A stretch of DNA of 61,314 nt, filler included, from Jimgerdemannia flammicorona (Eukaryota): assembly GCA_003990765.1 (NCBI GenBank). It is 3 parts of 3 records of this genome, joined end to end, with 100 filler letters (N's around TTAATTAATTAA, not from the genome) between each part and the next. Parts side by side here need not be neighbours in the genome. Positions count along the whole stretch, not along the records: positions 20,477 to 40,847 come from RBNJ01001697.1; positions 40,948 to 61,314 come from RBNJ01001698.1; 1 more part is not named here. One strand, 5' to 3'. This document shows positions 34,929 to 46,817 of this stretch, in pieces. The position numbers and the translations under genes were made by a program. Every line of letters begins with the position of its first letter. Position 1 is the stretch's first letter. The notes under the pieces are model-generated. The model saw only the letters and a program-made list of their open reading frames with translations. It was not told where the DNA came from and ran no database searches.

Positions 34929-37900
34929 TAGGTGGTGATATTGTAAACTTATTCATAGACTGGTAATAAAGACGGAGTCCAAGGGACTATAAAAAAAAAA
35001 AAAAAAAAATGACATCATCTCTGATGAAGGAGTCATCTAGGTAGAGTGGTTCGTGGATTACTTCTCCTTGTTCGCTGAGGTAATAATACATTGGAACTTT
35101 GTCACCATCCCACAGGATAGCATCATCTGTCTTGTATGCTGGACAAGGTGTTGATGGGTAAAGGAGGGGTGCATCATCTTTGCTTTCATTGAATTCACTG
35201 TCTGCATACCTTCTATAAGTTACAGCACTATGAGTTGCAGAGTTGTAGTAAGCTGGTGGCTGTGGCTCATGTCACTCATACTTGGGTGGTGGAGTGGTTG
35301 GTTCAATCTCGAGGGTTGTCTGAAGGTATAGGTTGTGTTCTCATTATAGTTGAAGTAATTGGGGGTAAATGTAGGTTGGTATTCGTGTCAGTGGTCATTG
35401 TCCCAATAAGTCTTATATGTGGTTATGAACTGTTATAAGTTCATCAGCAAGATTGGCAGTGTGATCAGAGTTGGTAGAGATCCTTGGCTTGAGGTCATGT
35501 CAGCATCAGAGGGATCATTGTCTTCTGCTTCATCTTCATTGAAGTGGATTATATCATAGACATCCTTTATAGTATATCTGACTTGAGGCATTTGTAGAAT
35601 ATGGTCATTGGGGTGTGGGAAGGTTCTGTCTGTGGTCTGGACATACTTGAGATACTTGTGGTTGAGTTCTTGTATCATGTCATCGATTTGACGGTAGGAC
35701 AGAGTAGCAACCATTTCGCTGGTAGTAACATGGAGGTGAGGAATAAAGGTGCTGTACTCATAGAAGAGTTCTCAGTATTTGCAGGCAATGAGTTTTTGGT
35801 GTTGAGACATCTGAGTAATGTCTGTATCATAGTAGTGTTTGACCATGTCTTTCAGGAGGCAGTTGATCTGGTAGTAGCTTGAGATTTGTCCGATTCGGTG
35901 GGCCTTGCTAATCATGTTCAGAGCTTTCCATCAGGCTTCCATGAAGTAGAGGGGTGCTAGACTATGGATATTCATAAGGGGCAGAGGGGGTGTGGCTCAG
36001 TTGACAATGGCATTCCAAATATCATCATGGATATAGTTGTAGATCTCAGTGGTCATGTTTATATATGTATGTTCAGAAGTTGTAGTTGTTGTTTGTTTTG
36101 GTTTTCTGTTTCGGCACATCTTGGTACTTGGTATATATGTATTTGGTTCTGATTGGTAAGATTCTGTTTATGTAAATCTTGTATTCCATGACTTCGTATT
36201 GACTCAGCTTTGTGCACTGTGACTTTGGTTTGACTCAGCTTTGTGATCTTGCAGGTGATTTCCAGATTTGTTCAGAGGTTGCATGTGATTTCAGTGGCTT
36301 GTTCAGAGGGTGATGTGTGATTTTGGTGGCTTGGAGGTTGTGCGCTTATACACTTGACTTGAACCACCCAATTCAAATCTCAAATTTGAACCTATTATAT
36401 GATTTATCAGTATATATAAACAAAAGAACATATGAGCAAAATATACAAATGCTTATATATACTATATCAATATCAATAGACCAGTCATCAATATTTTATT
36501 GTACTGATGATACTTTAAGTCAGACTTCTTTAAACAATGTTCAATCTTCTTTAAATAATGTTCTACACTATACTCCACATTCTGAAGTCTGGTAATATTA
36601 TACTTAGACTAGTGAAAATGAATTTACTTATAAGTATTGTAAGTAATTTTTTTTTTTTTAAAAAAAAAGTAAAACTTGTAATACTTTGAATATATTTATA
36701 GTTTGTTTGATAAATGTGTAAAATTTTTAAAATACAGACAGAAGTACAAGACACATGGTGGCTCTACTACAAATATAATAAAGTATTTAAAAGCTCAACA
36801 TTCAGATAAAATATAATTAAATATAGTATTAAGTAAAATTGATATTCTAGCTGTAGTAAGTAGATGATCTCTCTTTAATTTTAGTATAGATTCAAAAATA
36901 TATCTTTTATACCTCTTAAGTTTTTTTTTTTTCTTTTTTTCTGAAAAACAATTTAGCTATATTCTACATCAGAGTTTCAAAATTGACTTCTCCATTTGAT
37001 TATATAATAAAGACCAACCATTTATAGTTATTGAGAGTACTTCATTACAAAGTCTCTTTGGCCTTATCAAGTCTAATTTATATACTCCAAGTACTGATAC
37101 TATTCATAATAATATCATGAAGATCTATAAAAAAGAATATAATAATCTCTGTCAAAAACTCCAGATAAAAGTGTTCAGATTGTTATATATCAGTAATATT
37201 AGGGATATCATTGAATCAAATATGGTTGCTAACTGTATTTCAAATTTTACTACAGAGTACTGTAGGTAAAATTTTATTCATAATTGATATCTGGACATCT
37301 CTAAATATCATTTCATTTCTTAGTATTACTGGACATTAGATTGATATCAATTAGTAGCTTCAAACTCTCACTTTTGACTTTATGAAGCTTGAGGGTCCTC
37401 ATTCTGGAGAAAATATTACAGAAGTATTCATAAACTATATTCAAGAGCTTGGAGTTACAGAAGTTTTTAATTTTAAACTGATATTAAAGAAGAATCAAAA
37501 GAAAAAAACATGTTTTTTTACTTTTAATTATTAACTACTTTCTATATAATTTTATATGAATATCAAAATTTTGAAATGTAGATATTGTTCATTACAATGG
37601 ATAATACTTCTAACAATATTACATTTCTCAACATTTTGGCAACCAAACTTCAAAAAGAAAATATAATCTTTAATATAGACAATAACTATATACAGTATTA
37701 GGCCCATGTTCTGAATCTTGCTGCTCAAGATTATCTCTCACAACTCTTTAATACATAATTGGAGTGAAATTGACATAAGCTCTAATACTATTTCAAAGTT
37801 GCACAAATTGATTATTATAATCTGATCACTACTACTACAGCAAAGAAAACTTGCTTAACAATATAAAGTAATTAATCTTGCTCTAAAAGAACTTATTTTG

Positions 37901-38640
37901 AATATTAGTATATATTAGCACTCACTATTTACAATGATTGAACATGCACTAATACTTACTATAGTAGGTTACTAATAATAATATTGGAGAATAGTATCAG
38001 ACTTATTAACTAATATTAAATTATTCTAATATAATTCAGGTACTAGATTCTACCACTGCTGCAGATAGAGAAATATAAGATATGGTAATTGAGGAGAGTG
38101 AGTGGGAGAAATTAAGAGAAGTTATTAAAGTTTTGCAAGTGACTAGAGGAGTATTTATCAGTATTTTTGCTGATTTAGTATTATTTTGCTCATCTCTTTT
38201 TATACTTTTACCCATTATTTTATCCTAATATTTTAATGAATATATGTACAAAAGAAGATGTTTGGCAAAAGTTTCCAATAATATATTCTACAATTCTAGT
38301 GTATAATCTCTTGATTGATCAACTTGAGGACCTATTAGACTCATTAGAGAATAATTGTATATCTCTCTTGAGACAAAAGGAAGCCATTGATATAGCTCTG
38401 AAGAAGCTTGAAAAATATTACTCAAAAACAGGTGCTTCTGTATTTTCCATAAGTACAAGTGAGTCAAGTATTGCTCTCTATAAATTAAAATAAGAAGTTT
38501 CATCATTCTGATTATAATTTGGATGTCTGATCAGTTTTAGATCTATAATTGAAGCTTCAATATCATAAAGATCAAGGCTGGAAAAAGCAATTCATTGAGG
38601 AGGCAGAGCAAGCAATTACTAATATATATTAGAAAACAGC

Positions 38641-40491
38641 TCACACCAGTACCATTCGGGTTACACAACCTTTAGAAAGCACTTATAATATCGTTTTTGG
38701 AGAAAAGAGACTAATAATATGGCAACCAACAGGCAATCTGAGATGTGTACTAGGCAGGGTGGCCCTAGTGCTTTCGACTGGCAGCAAGTGGAGAGAGGCC
38801 CTGGACTGGGGGGAGTTATGAGGGGGCTGCTGGTGGGAGGATGTGGAAGGAGAGGAGGTAGTGGTGGAGGACAGGGGTCTGGGAGAGCAAGCTTTGCAGA
38901 GATGGTGAAGGGGAGACAGCAGGCATCTGGGCTAGAGGGATGGCTAAGGAAAGGCAAGGAGATGGAGAAGGCAGTAGCACATGAGGGAGTAGCCCTTAGT
39001 AGTGGAGGCAGTGGAGCTGGGGGTGTAGTGACTGAGGTGAATGTGACAGCTGATGGTGGTGAGACTGCCAATCTGGAAAAAAATCCAGATGTGACTACTG
39101 ATGATATGGCTGAGTGGCAGGGGCTTGGAGAGCAGGGGGTTTTGGTAGATGGTGTGATGGGCCTAGCAGTGGCCCCATTACTCAAAAAATCGATCTTGGC
39201 ATTCACAATTATACTGTGCTTCCAGGGCCTAGCAGTGATAGTGAAAATGGTGCTGGGACTTATTGCTAAGCAGGTGGCTGGAGCAGCATCAGTAAAGTTT
39301 CTGAAGGGATTGGAGGGAGTGGAGGTGGGCTTTGAGAAGGCTGAGCCTTTGGAGGAGGTGCTGAAGGTTGGATTGACTGTGGGGGAGGTGTGTGTCCCAA
39401 TGGTGCACTGCCTGAGATGTGATCCCATGGTAGTACAACTGCTGGTAAAAGGGGTGCCCATGATGACAGTGGTGGAGACAAGAAGAAGAGTTGAGGAGGT
39501 TATAGCAGAGTATGACAAGGTGGTGGACATTGACTTCAGGGTCTGGGAAGGGACCTCACTCAGGACTGGGGATGTTAACATGCAGATTCAGCTGACTGAA
39601 GAGGAAGCCATCAGGAAGGCAAGAAACTGGCCTTTGGTGATGGTCTGGGGGGAAATCTTATGCAAGGTGATAAGGGTGAAGGGGAGTAAGGAGGAGGAAG
39701 AGGATTTGTTAGAAGCATTGGAAGAGCTGAGTGGTGTGGTAGAGAAGTGGGCAAAGGCTTGGAAGGCTTTTGTGGAATCAACACACTTGGAGGTGGTGGA
39801 TGGGAAGTGGATTAGGGTGGACAAGGGGCAGTGGAAAAAAGCTCAGGGACATAAGTATCAGAAAGAGCTGCTGGCTAAGCTGGAAGATAGACTTTAGAAG
39901 GATGCAGGTGGAATGGTGGAGACCAGGGGTGCCAAAGTGAGTGTCTGGGCCAGCAAGGATGGCAGGAGTACAGGGAAGGTGGCAGGGGAGGATAGGAAAG
40001 TAACTGACAATGATCCATATGCTGATGGTACATTTGAGGTCTGGGAGGAGGACTGTGAGAGATTGCCTACCCCTCCTCCTCTTATCAGGTAAGGTCCAAC
40101 TTCCCGAAGCAAGATGGTAGAGGATGTGCCAATAAGGGGGGCCCAGTGAGTGCAGTTTAGAGTTCCTGAGGTAGTGAAGGGGGGACAAGTGGTGGTGGTT
40201 AGAGAGGAGGAACTGGTGGATGTCCCAGAGGTATGGGTTGAGTCTGTGAGTGCTGGGGCTGATACCATGATGTTGGATGGAGGGAGACTGGTGACTCCTG
40301 GGGGGAAGGAGGTGGGGAATCTGCTTTGGATGTGTCAGATGATAAATAACCTGGCAGCTGCAGAGTTGGGGGAGATGGACTTAAGAGTAATGAGTGATGA
40401 GTATTGGGCATGGATCCTGCAAGGGGATGGCATGGAGTTGGCATTGAAGGCAGAGATCCTTATAGTATATCTAGAAGAGGAAGGGTATGAG
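38641..40491 (+). mobile_element. LINE 5' portion (5' UTR and ORF1 from 38719), inserted into the hAT transposase and cut by a later insertion
   Basis: 5' motif CCAGTACCATTCGGGTTACACAA; 392 open ORF1 codons (38719-39897) homologous to the 29214 ORF1. Confidence 0.9.
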
Positions 40492-40847
40492 TAGTGCTCC
40501 TAACGAGTCAATTTAATCCGGATTGGATTCGGATTGATTCGGATTGAATCCCATTCGGATCAACTCGGATGGGATTCGAATCCCATCCGGATGGATTCGA
40601 ATCGGATTCGAATCGGATTCGAATCGGATTCGAATCAACCATTGTTTTGATTTCCAAATTAGACAATTAAATGTTTACATCAATAACTTGATGAATAATC
40701 ATCCAAATTTGATGATCATAGTGTCATTTGAAAGCCCTTAATAAGGCCTATCTAATGATACCAAGAACATTGAAATCGGATCATGCGTTGCTGAGTTATG
40801 AAGGAAAACGTCTGAATCGCCGATTTTGGAAATTCTTTGATTTGCCG
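40492..40847 (+). mobile_element. Left end of a young TIR element (hAT/MITE-like) with GGATTCGAATC subterminal repeats
   Basis: Begins TAGTGCTCCTAACGAGTCA, similar to the 28174 end, and interrupts LINE ORF1 right after the codons EEEGYE. CpG-rich palindromic repeats at 40516-40636. Confidence 0.65.
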
Positions 40848-40947
40848 NNNNNNNNNNNNNNNNNNNNNNNNNNNNNNNNNNNNNNNNNNNNTTAATTAAT
40901 TAANNNNNNNNNNNNNNNNNNNNNNNNNNNNNNNNNNNNNNNNNNNN
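40848..40947. other. artificial contig linker
   Basis: 44 N + TTAATTAATTAA + 44 N. Confidence 0.97.
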
Positions 40948-43900
40948 TTTTTTTTATAGTCACTTGGACTTCCCTTTATTACTGCTATTAATACAATCAT
41001 CTAATCTCCTATAATATACAATGCCCACCCCTACCCTATCCCCCTAGGGGGCTCTCTACCTCCTTGCAATAAAAGACCACTTTGTCAGACACTATGTATC
41101 ACCACTCACCCACCACTCTGTTTACAGATCCCTTCCACCAGTCAGCAATATTGCCCACTCTGGGGACCCCAACCAACCCACCACCCAGTCAGCAAATCAC
41201 CCAACAACCCCTCTCACCTTAATAACTTCTCCTGAACACCTATCTGTTATCTCTCTTCAAAAACAAAGAGCCAATATCCCGCCAGCCCTACCCATGCTAC
41301 TAAAACCCACCCTACAGTGAGCCAACCATTGCCAACACTCCCCACTAGATGAGATCTCAAATCCTCCCAGCGACCTTGCTCTCCATCCAGCCTCCTCACC
41401 ACATCCATCCGGTCCCCTACTGCTATCCAAAAGTCCCCAAGAACTTCACACTCTCCCAGCCAATGTTCTGGCATTTGTATAAATCCCCCAACTTGCCCTA
41501 CATTATAACACTCCTCACAATTGAATTAGCCACCATTCACCAGATGCCCAGTATGGAAATTTAGCATGACATTCCTCCTCAGAATCTGCCACCATACCAC
41601 CCAGAACTTAGGAGGAAGCCACCTCTGCACCTCAGCACTCTATGACCAGACTCCTGCCCAGTCCCACTCCTTGCCAATCCCCACCACCTGCCAACTACTT
41701 GGTCAAAGATCCTGGCCAATTTCCCACTGACACTCCACCTCATCACCAATGTCAAACTCAGCAAGTGGAACACCCCCCAGAAGGAGTCTGTCCCACCACC
41801 ACATAGCTGGACCCCACAGCACCTCCCCCTCATTTCCTCACCAGTGCAGGTCTATCCAGTGTGCTCCATCTACCACCCCCCATCAGAAGCCCTTATACCA
41901 TAGCCATTGGCTTTCAGTCAGGCCCACCAGAGAGAGCAAATCTCTGGAGGACCCCTGAAGGGCAAACCTCATCTCCCACACCTTCTGTATCAGCAGCACC
42001 CAGCCTCCTCCCTATAGTTCAATAGCTCTTTTCAACCACCAGGCTCACAGGAGTGCAGCCACTTAGAGAAATCCACAAGGTCTAGTCCACCTCTAACCAC
42101 TAGTGTTGCAAGAGTATCCCAACTGATCTGGGACCTCCTCCCTGCCCAAATCAAATCCCTAGCCAGTTTTGTTAGTCTCTTCACCACCCAAGCCAGGAAA
42201 TCTAAGTGATAGGCCACATACCATAGCTTGGGAAACCAGTAGATATTCAGAATTGACACCCACTCTGCCAGAGAGATGTGGCGACCCCCCCAACCTTGAA
42301 GAGCCTCCCCCCAAATGGCCACTCTCCTCTCCCACCATACTCAAGGCAAAACAGATCCATATACTGAGAGAAAGATGCCCAAATACTGCACCACCTCCTC
42401 TGTGGGGACAATTGTTCCAATGACATTCTCTCTCACTAGTCCATTCCCTAACACTATTGTCTCACACTTATGCTAGTTGAGTTTCACCCCCGAGTGTGCC
42501 TCATACCATTCCACTGTCTCCTTAAGTGCCTCAACATCTGCCACTAATCCAAGTCCAACTACCATATCATCTGCAAAAGCCCCCACCTTCTACACTACAC
42601 TATACATAGAGAGCCCTGCTACCCTCCAACATATCCTATCCATCAAGGGTTCTAATGAAAGGGCATAAAGGATGGGAGACAGTGGGTCACCCTGAGGAAC
42701 TCCTCTTCCTAAGAGAAATGCCAAACTCCAGTGTCCATTATACATTAGCACCACCCTACTGCCCTCCAACAAATTCAACATAGAAGCCCAAAACTGTGGG
42801 GGAACACCAATTCTGTCCAGCACCTTGCCTAGCCAAACCTGCCAAACATGGTCATAGGTCTTCTCCTGGTCCAAAAAGACCAGTCTACCATATAGTCCAC
42901 AGGCCCAGGCCCCTTCAATGATGCTGTGCACTCAGGCAGTCCCATCCCTGATAAGCCTGCCTCCTACAAAGCCCCTCTGCTCCTCCCCCAGCACCTGTGG
43001 GCAACCTTCTGTAACCTTGCAACAATCACCTTAGTCACCATCTTCCTGTCCATATCCAGAAGCATGATCAGCCTCCAGTTCTTCCAGTCCTCCCTCCTCT
43101 TCTTATCTTTGTACAATAAGGCCACCAGCCCCAAGTTCTGCTCTCCAACCCACTTGCCATTCAGAAGAACATGGTCACAGAGGGCAGCAATCTCTCCTGA
43201 AACTCCAGGGACCTTTGTCATTTTCTTCCAGAAGTCCCAAGGTAACCCATCCTCACCTGGCGCTGTCTCCAGCTTAGTTGCTGTAAGAACTCTCTGGATT
43301 TCCTCCTCTTGGACCAGTAAGATCAAATCACCCAATCCTTCTACTTGCAGTGGCCCCTACTCCTCCAGTGAGTCTTCAATCACCTCTTCATCAGCACCCC
43401 CTTCCTCCTCACTCCACAGATCCCTCCATCTTTCCTTCAGTACTCCCAGGATCTGTTGCATGCCATGCACCATATCTCTCTCAGCATCCAAGACCCCATC
43501 CCATTGGTGTTATATCCTCCTAGCCTGGAGGAGCCTTGACAGATATCTAGTAGTCCACTCTCCCTCCTCAAGCCCCTGCCACCATAGTCTGGCAGACATT
43601 CCTTTCATACAAATCTCCTCCTCAGCTCGCAATATATGTTGCAGCTCTATTACCTCCAATTTTACCTGCTCCAACCTCCAATCCTCCACCTCTTCAGAAC
43701 AAAGCAACTCAGCCCACTCCATTTACAATCTAATCAGCCTATTGGAAGCACATCTCACTCTCTTCCTTCTCTGCCTCCTAGTCTCCCTACCGGCTCCTCC
43801 CCAATAAACCCTCGCAGCCTCCTTCAGCCTCATCTACTGGACACCCACAGATGCACCCTCACTTATCCAGATAGTAATCTTTACTTGGATGTCTGCCACC

Positions 43901-46817
43901 CATGGGTCCCACAAACCCTGCTCAGCCAGCAGAGAGAAGTTAAGGTGCTAATGTCCAGGTCCATCTCCACTCCCCCCAAACTGTTCCTGCCCCAATAGCC
44001 CCCAGTGATCAGACCAAGGGCACTACTCTACTGCCAAAGTCCTCCAAACATCAACACCCCAACATTTGGCCATCAGAATATAGTCAATCTATACCCAGTC
44101 CATTTACCCAGTATGTATAGACTCTCCTCTCACTCCACCATGTTCTGCCCATATCTCCTAAGGAGCTAAGGGTCTCCACCTCCTCCCACTTATCCAGTCC
44201 ACCACTCCTTCCACCTGCACCCTTCCCTCCATCAGTTTGATCCAGCTGTGGATCCTATACCATATTAAAGTCACCCCCCAGAACATCAACACCTTTCTCC
44301 AAGAAGACACCCTCCTCTAACAGATTCCTAATCCACTCAATCCACTCACCCCTGACCACAGGGCAGTAGCAGGAGCCAACCCTCACTGATTCTCACCCAG
44401 GTTGATGCCATTCTCCCCAGACCAAACAGTCACCCCAGCTCTGAATTCTACTCAAGTCCCCTCTACCCTTCCTCACCAGAATCACCACTTTGCCATTCCA
44501 AGCAGTAGCTCCTCCCCATTCTCTAGTCCACTCCACTTGGTCTATCTCATCCTCACACCATACATCCTGCAGTAAAAAGAGATCAGCCTCCAATTCCTTA
44601 AGCCAAGTAAAAATGTTCTTACATCACCCAGAACCCCACAATCCATTCACATTCAGAGAGAAAATATTAGTTGTACTGTTCATAAGGAATAATATTGATT
44701 TATCAGTTACAGCCTCTACAAATCTGCATTCAACTCCTCTTGTACCAAGTCCAAGTCATGTTCAGCAGCCAGCACCTTCTCCTCAGCTGCCCGTGCCTCC
44801 AACCCTTCCAGAAGTTCAGCCATTGCCCCATCCTCCTTTTCCTCAAAGTCTTTATGATACTCCAGGCACACCTCCTGCCAGAGCTACAAACTATGCCACT
44901 CTGCCCAACAGTAGGCAGCCCTCTTACCAGCAACGACTGCAAGCTCTGCCTCCCTCTCCTTATCAACCTCATATCCCTCCTCCTCCAGGAAGATTGCTAG
45001 AATCTCTGCCTTCAGCACCCCCACCACTCTCTCTCTCTGTATAATCTCTGCCCAATGCTCCTCACTCATCACTCTCAGGTCCACTTCCCCCAACTCCTTA
45101 GCTATGAGGTTATCCATCACCTTGCTCATCCACAGTAGGTTTCCCACCTCCTTCCCTCCTGGCATCCCTGGCCTCCCGGCATCCAACATCATAGTATCTG
45201 CCCCCACACTAGCTGTCTCATCCTATCCCTCCTCAGGGACATCCACCAATTCATCCTCTCCAATAGCCACCATCTGTCTACCCTTTGCCACATCAGGAAC
45301 CCCAAAGTGCACCCACTGGGCACCCTGCATCAGCTCATCCTCTGCTGCCCAACCTCTCACAGCTGGACCCTACCTGACCAGAGGGGGAGTGTCATCTATG
45401 ACTGGGTCCCAGACCTCAAAAGTATCATCAGCAAATGGGTTCTTGAGTGGTGCCTTCACAGCCCCTTCCTGGCCCTCCTCCTTATCACCTCCTCTCTTGC
45501 TAGCCCAGACACTCGCCTCCATTCCCCCAGACTTCTCAGGGCCCCCAGCCTTCATTGCATCCCCTCCTTCTATGCTCGCTAGCAGCTCCTGCTGCCTCCT
45601 GCGCCCCTGAGCCCTCTCTCACTGCTTCTTGTCAGTCCGAATATGCTTCCCATCAACAATCTCCAGATGCATTGACTCCTCAAACAATTTCCAGGCCTTT
45701 GCCCTCCTCTCAACAGTGCCACTCAACTCCTCCAGGGCCTTCAACAGGTTCTCTTCCTCCTCTTCACTCCCTCTCACCCTCAATACCTTACAGACAAAGG
45801 CCCCCCACATCAACACTGAGGGCCAGTTACTCATCTTCCCTGTGGCCTCTCATCCAGCCAGTCTAATCCTAACATCCACATCCTCTGTCCTGATGGAGAT
45901 CCCCTCTCACACCTGGAAGCCAACATCCACCACATCACTATACTCCACCATCACCTCCTCTACCCTCCTCCTAGTCTCCTCCTTTGTCACTGTAGGCACT
46001 TCCATCACCAGCAGCTGCACCACCTTAGGGTCCCACCTCAGACAGTACACCATGGGGACCACCACTTTCCCAACTGCTACTCCAGTCTTCAGAGCCACTT
46101 CCAGTAGGCCTGCCTCCTCAAAGCCCACCTCAACTCCCTCCAGACCCTTCAGGAACTTCATCGAGGCAGCCCCAGTCACCTGCTTTGAAATAAGCCCCAG
46201 GACCATTCTCACTGTCACTGCCAAGCCTCAGAAGCACAGTATCACACAAACTCTGAAATCAATTTCCTGAGTAATGGTGCCACCACCAGCCCCATTACAC
46301 TATCAGCCAGGTCTCCCTTCTGCATCGAGAACCCCTGCCCCACTCTGCCATCAGCCATCACATCTCTTTTGTTTTTCTAATTCCCCATCACACTTCCATC
46401 AGCAGTCCCACCCCCAGCCACAGCACCTCCAGCACCTATGCTTGCCACCCCCACCTGAGTACCTCCCCCCCTCCCAAGACTCACTTTGTCCTTCCCTTCA
46501 GCAGCACCAGCCCTAGATTCAGCCAGGTCATCCACTCCCCTTCACCTTATCCACAAAGCTTGGGGGGCCAGGCCTCTCCCTATGGCTACCAGATACTGGT
46601 CCACCTCCAGAGCCCTCGCCACCCTTCGACCCTCCAAAGGCCCCCATCTCCATGCCATAACCCCTCTCCACATTCTGCCAGCTGAAAGCCCCAGGTCCAC
46701 CCGACCCAGCATGCCCATCAGAACTCTTGCTCAATGATATTGTTATAATACCTTTTCTCTGAATTGTATCAAAAAACCATTGCTTGAAGTTGGTATAATG
46801 TAAATTGTAATAATATG
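40948..46817 (-). mobile_element. Essentially full-length degenerate L1/Tx1-clade LINE (ORF1 about 46740-44716, ORF2 from 44683)
   Basis: Poly(T) at the contig start, preceded on the minus strand by AATAAAGGGAAGTCCAAGTGACTAT. RT motifs DQEKTYD and GVPQGDPLSP; EHWLGEC. Confidence 0.92.

Larger units (their letters stand above)
29132..35009 (+). mobile_element. Full-length L1/Tx1-clade LINE (inactivated)
   Basis: 16-bp TSD AATGACATCATCTCTG at 29116-29131 and 35008-35023, AATAAA at 34965, poly(A) at 34991-35009, and ORF1 plus ORF2. Confidence 0.97.
28410..36350 (-). mobile_element. ~2.05-kb solo-LTR-like unit containing an ORF, split by a 5.9-kb LINE
   Basis: 5-bp TSD CACTT at 28405-28409 and 36351-36355. 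Inverted ends TATAAG...CTTATA; the second copy at 54765 starts TGTAAG. Minus-strand TATAAATA at 28888-28881 and AATAAA at 28765-28760. Confidence 0.8.
28174..38640 (+). mobile_element. Degenerate hAT DNA transposon, interrupted by the TG...CA unit at 28410-36350 and by a LINE near 38641
   Basis: Putative left end TAGTGATCTGAATGAGTCA at 28174 with TTCAAAT/ATTTGAA subterminal repeats that resume after 36355. Transposase remnants: GSTTNIIKYLKAQH (BED-like, about 36760), DIWTS (about 37286), ITMDNTSNN (about 37591), LAHVLNLAAQD (about 37700), KKLEKYY (38401). Confidence 0.8.
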
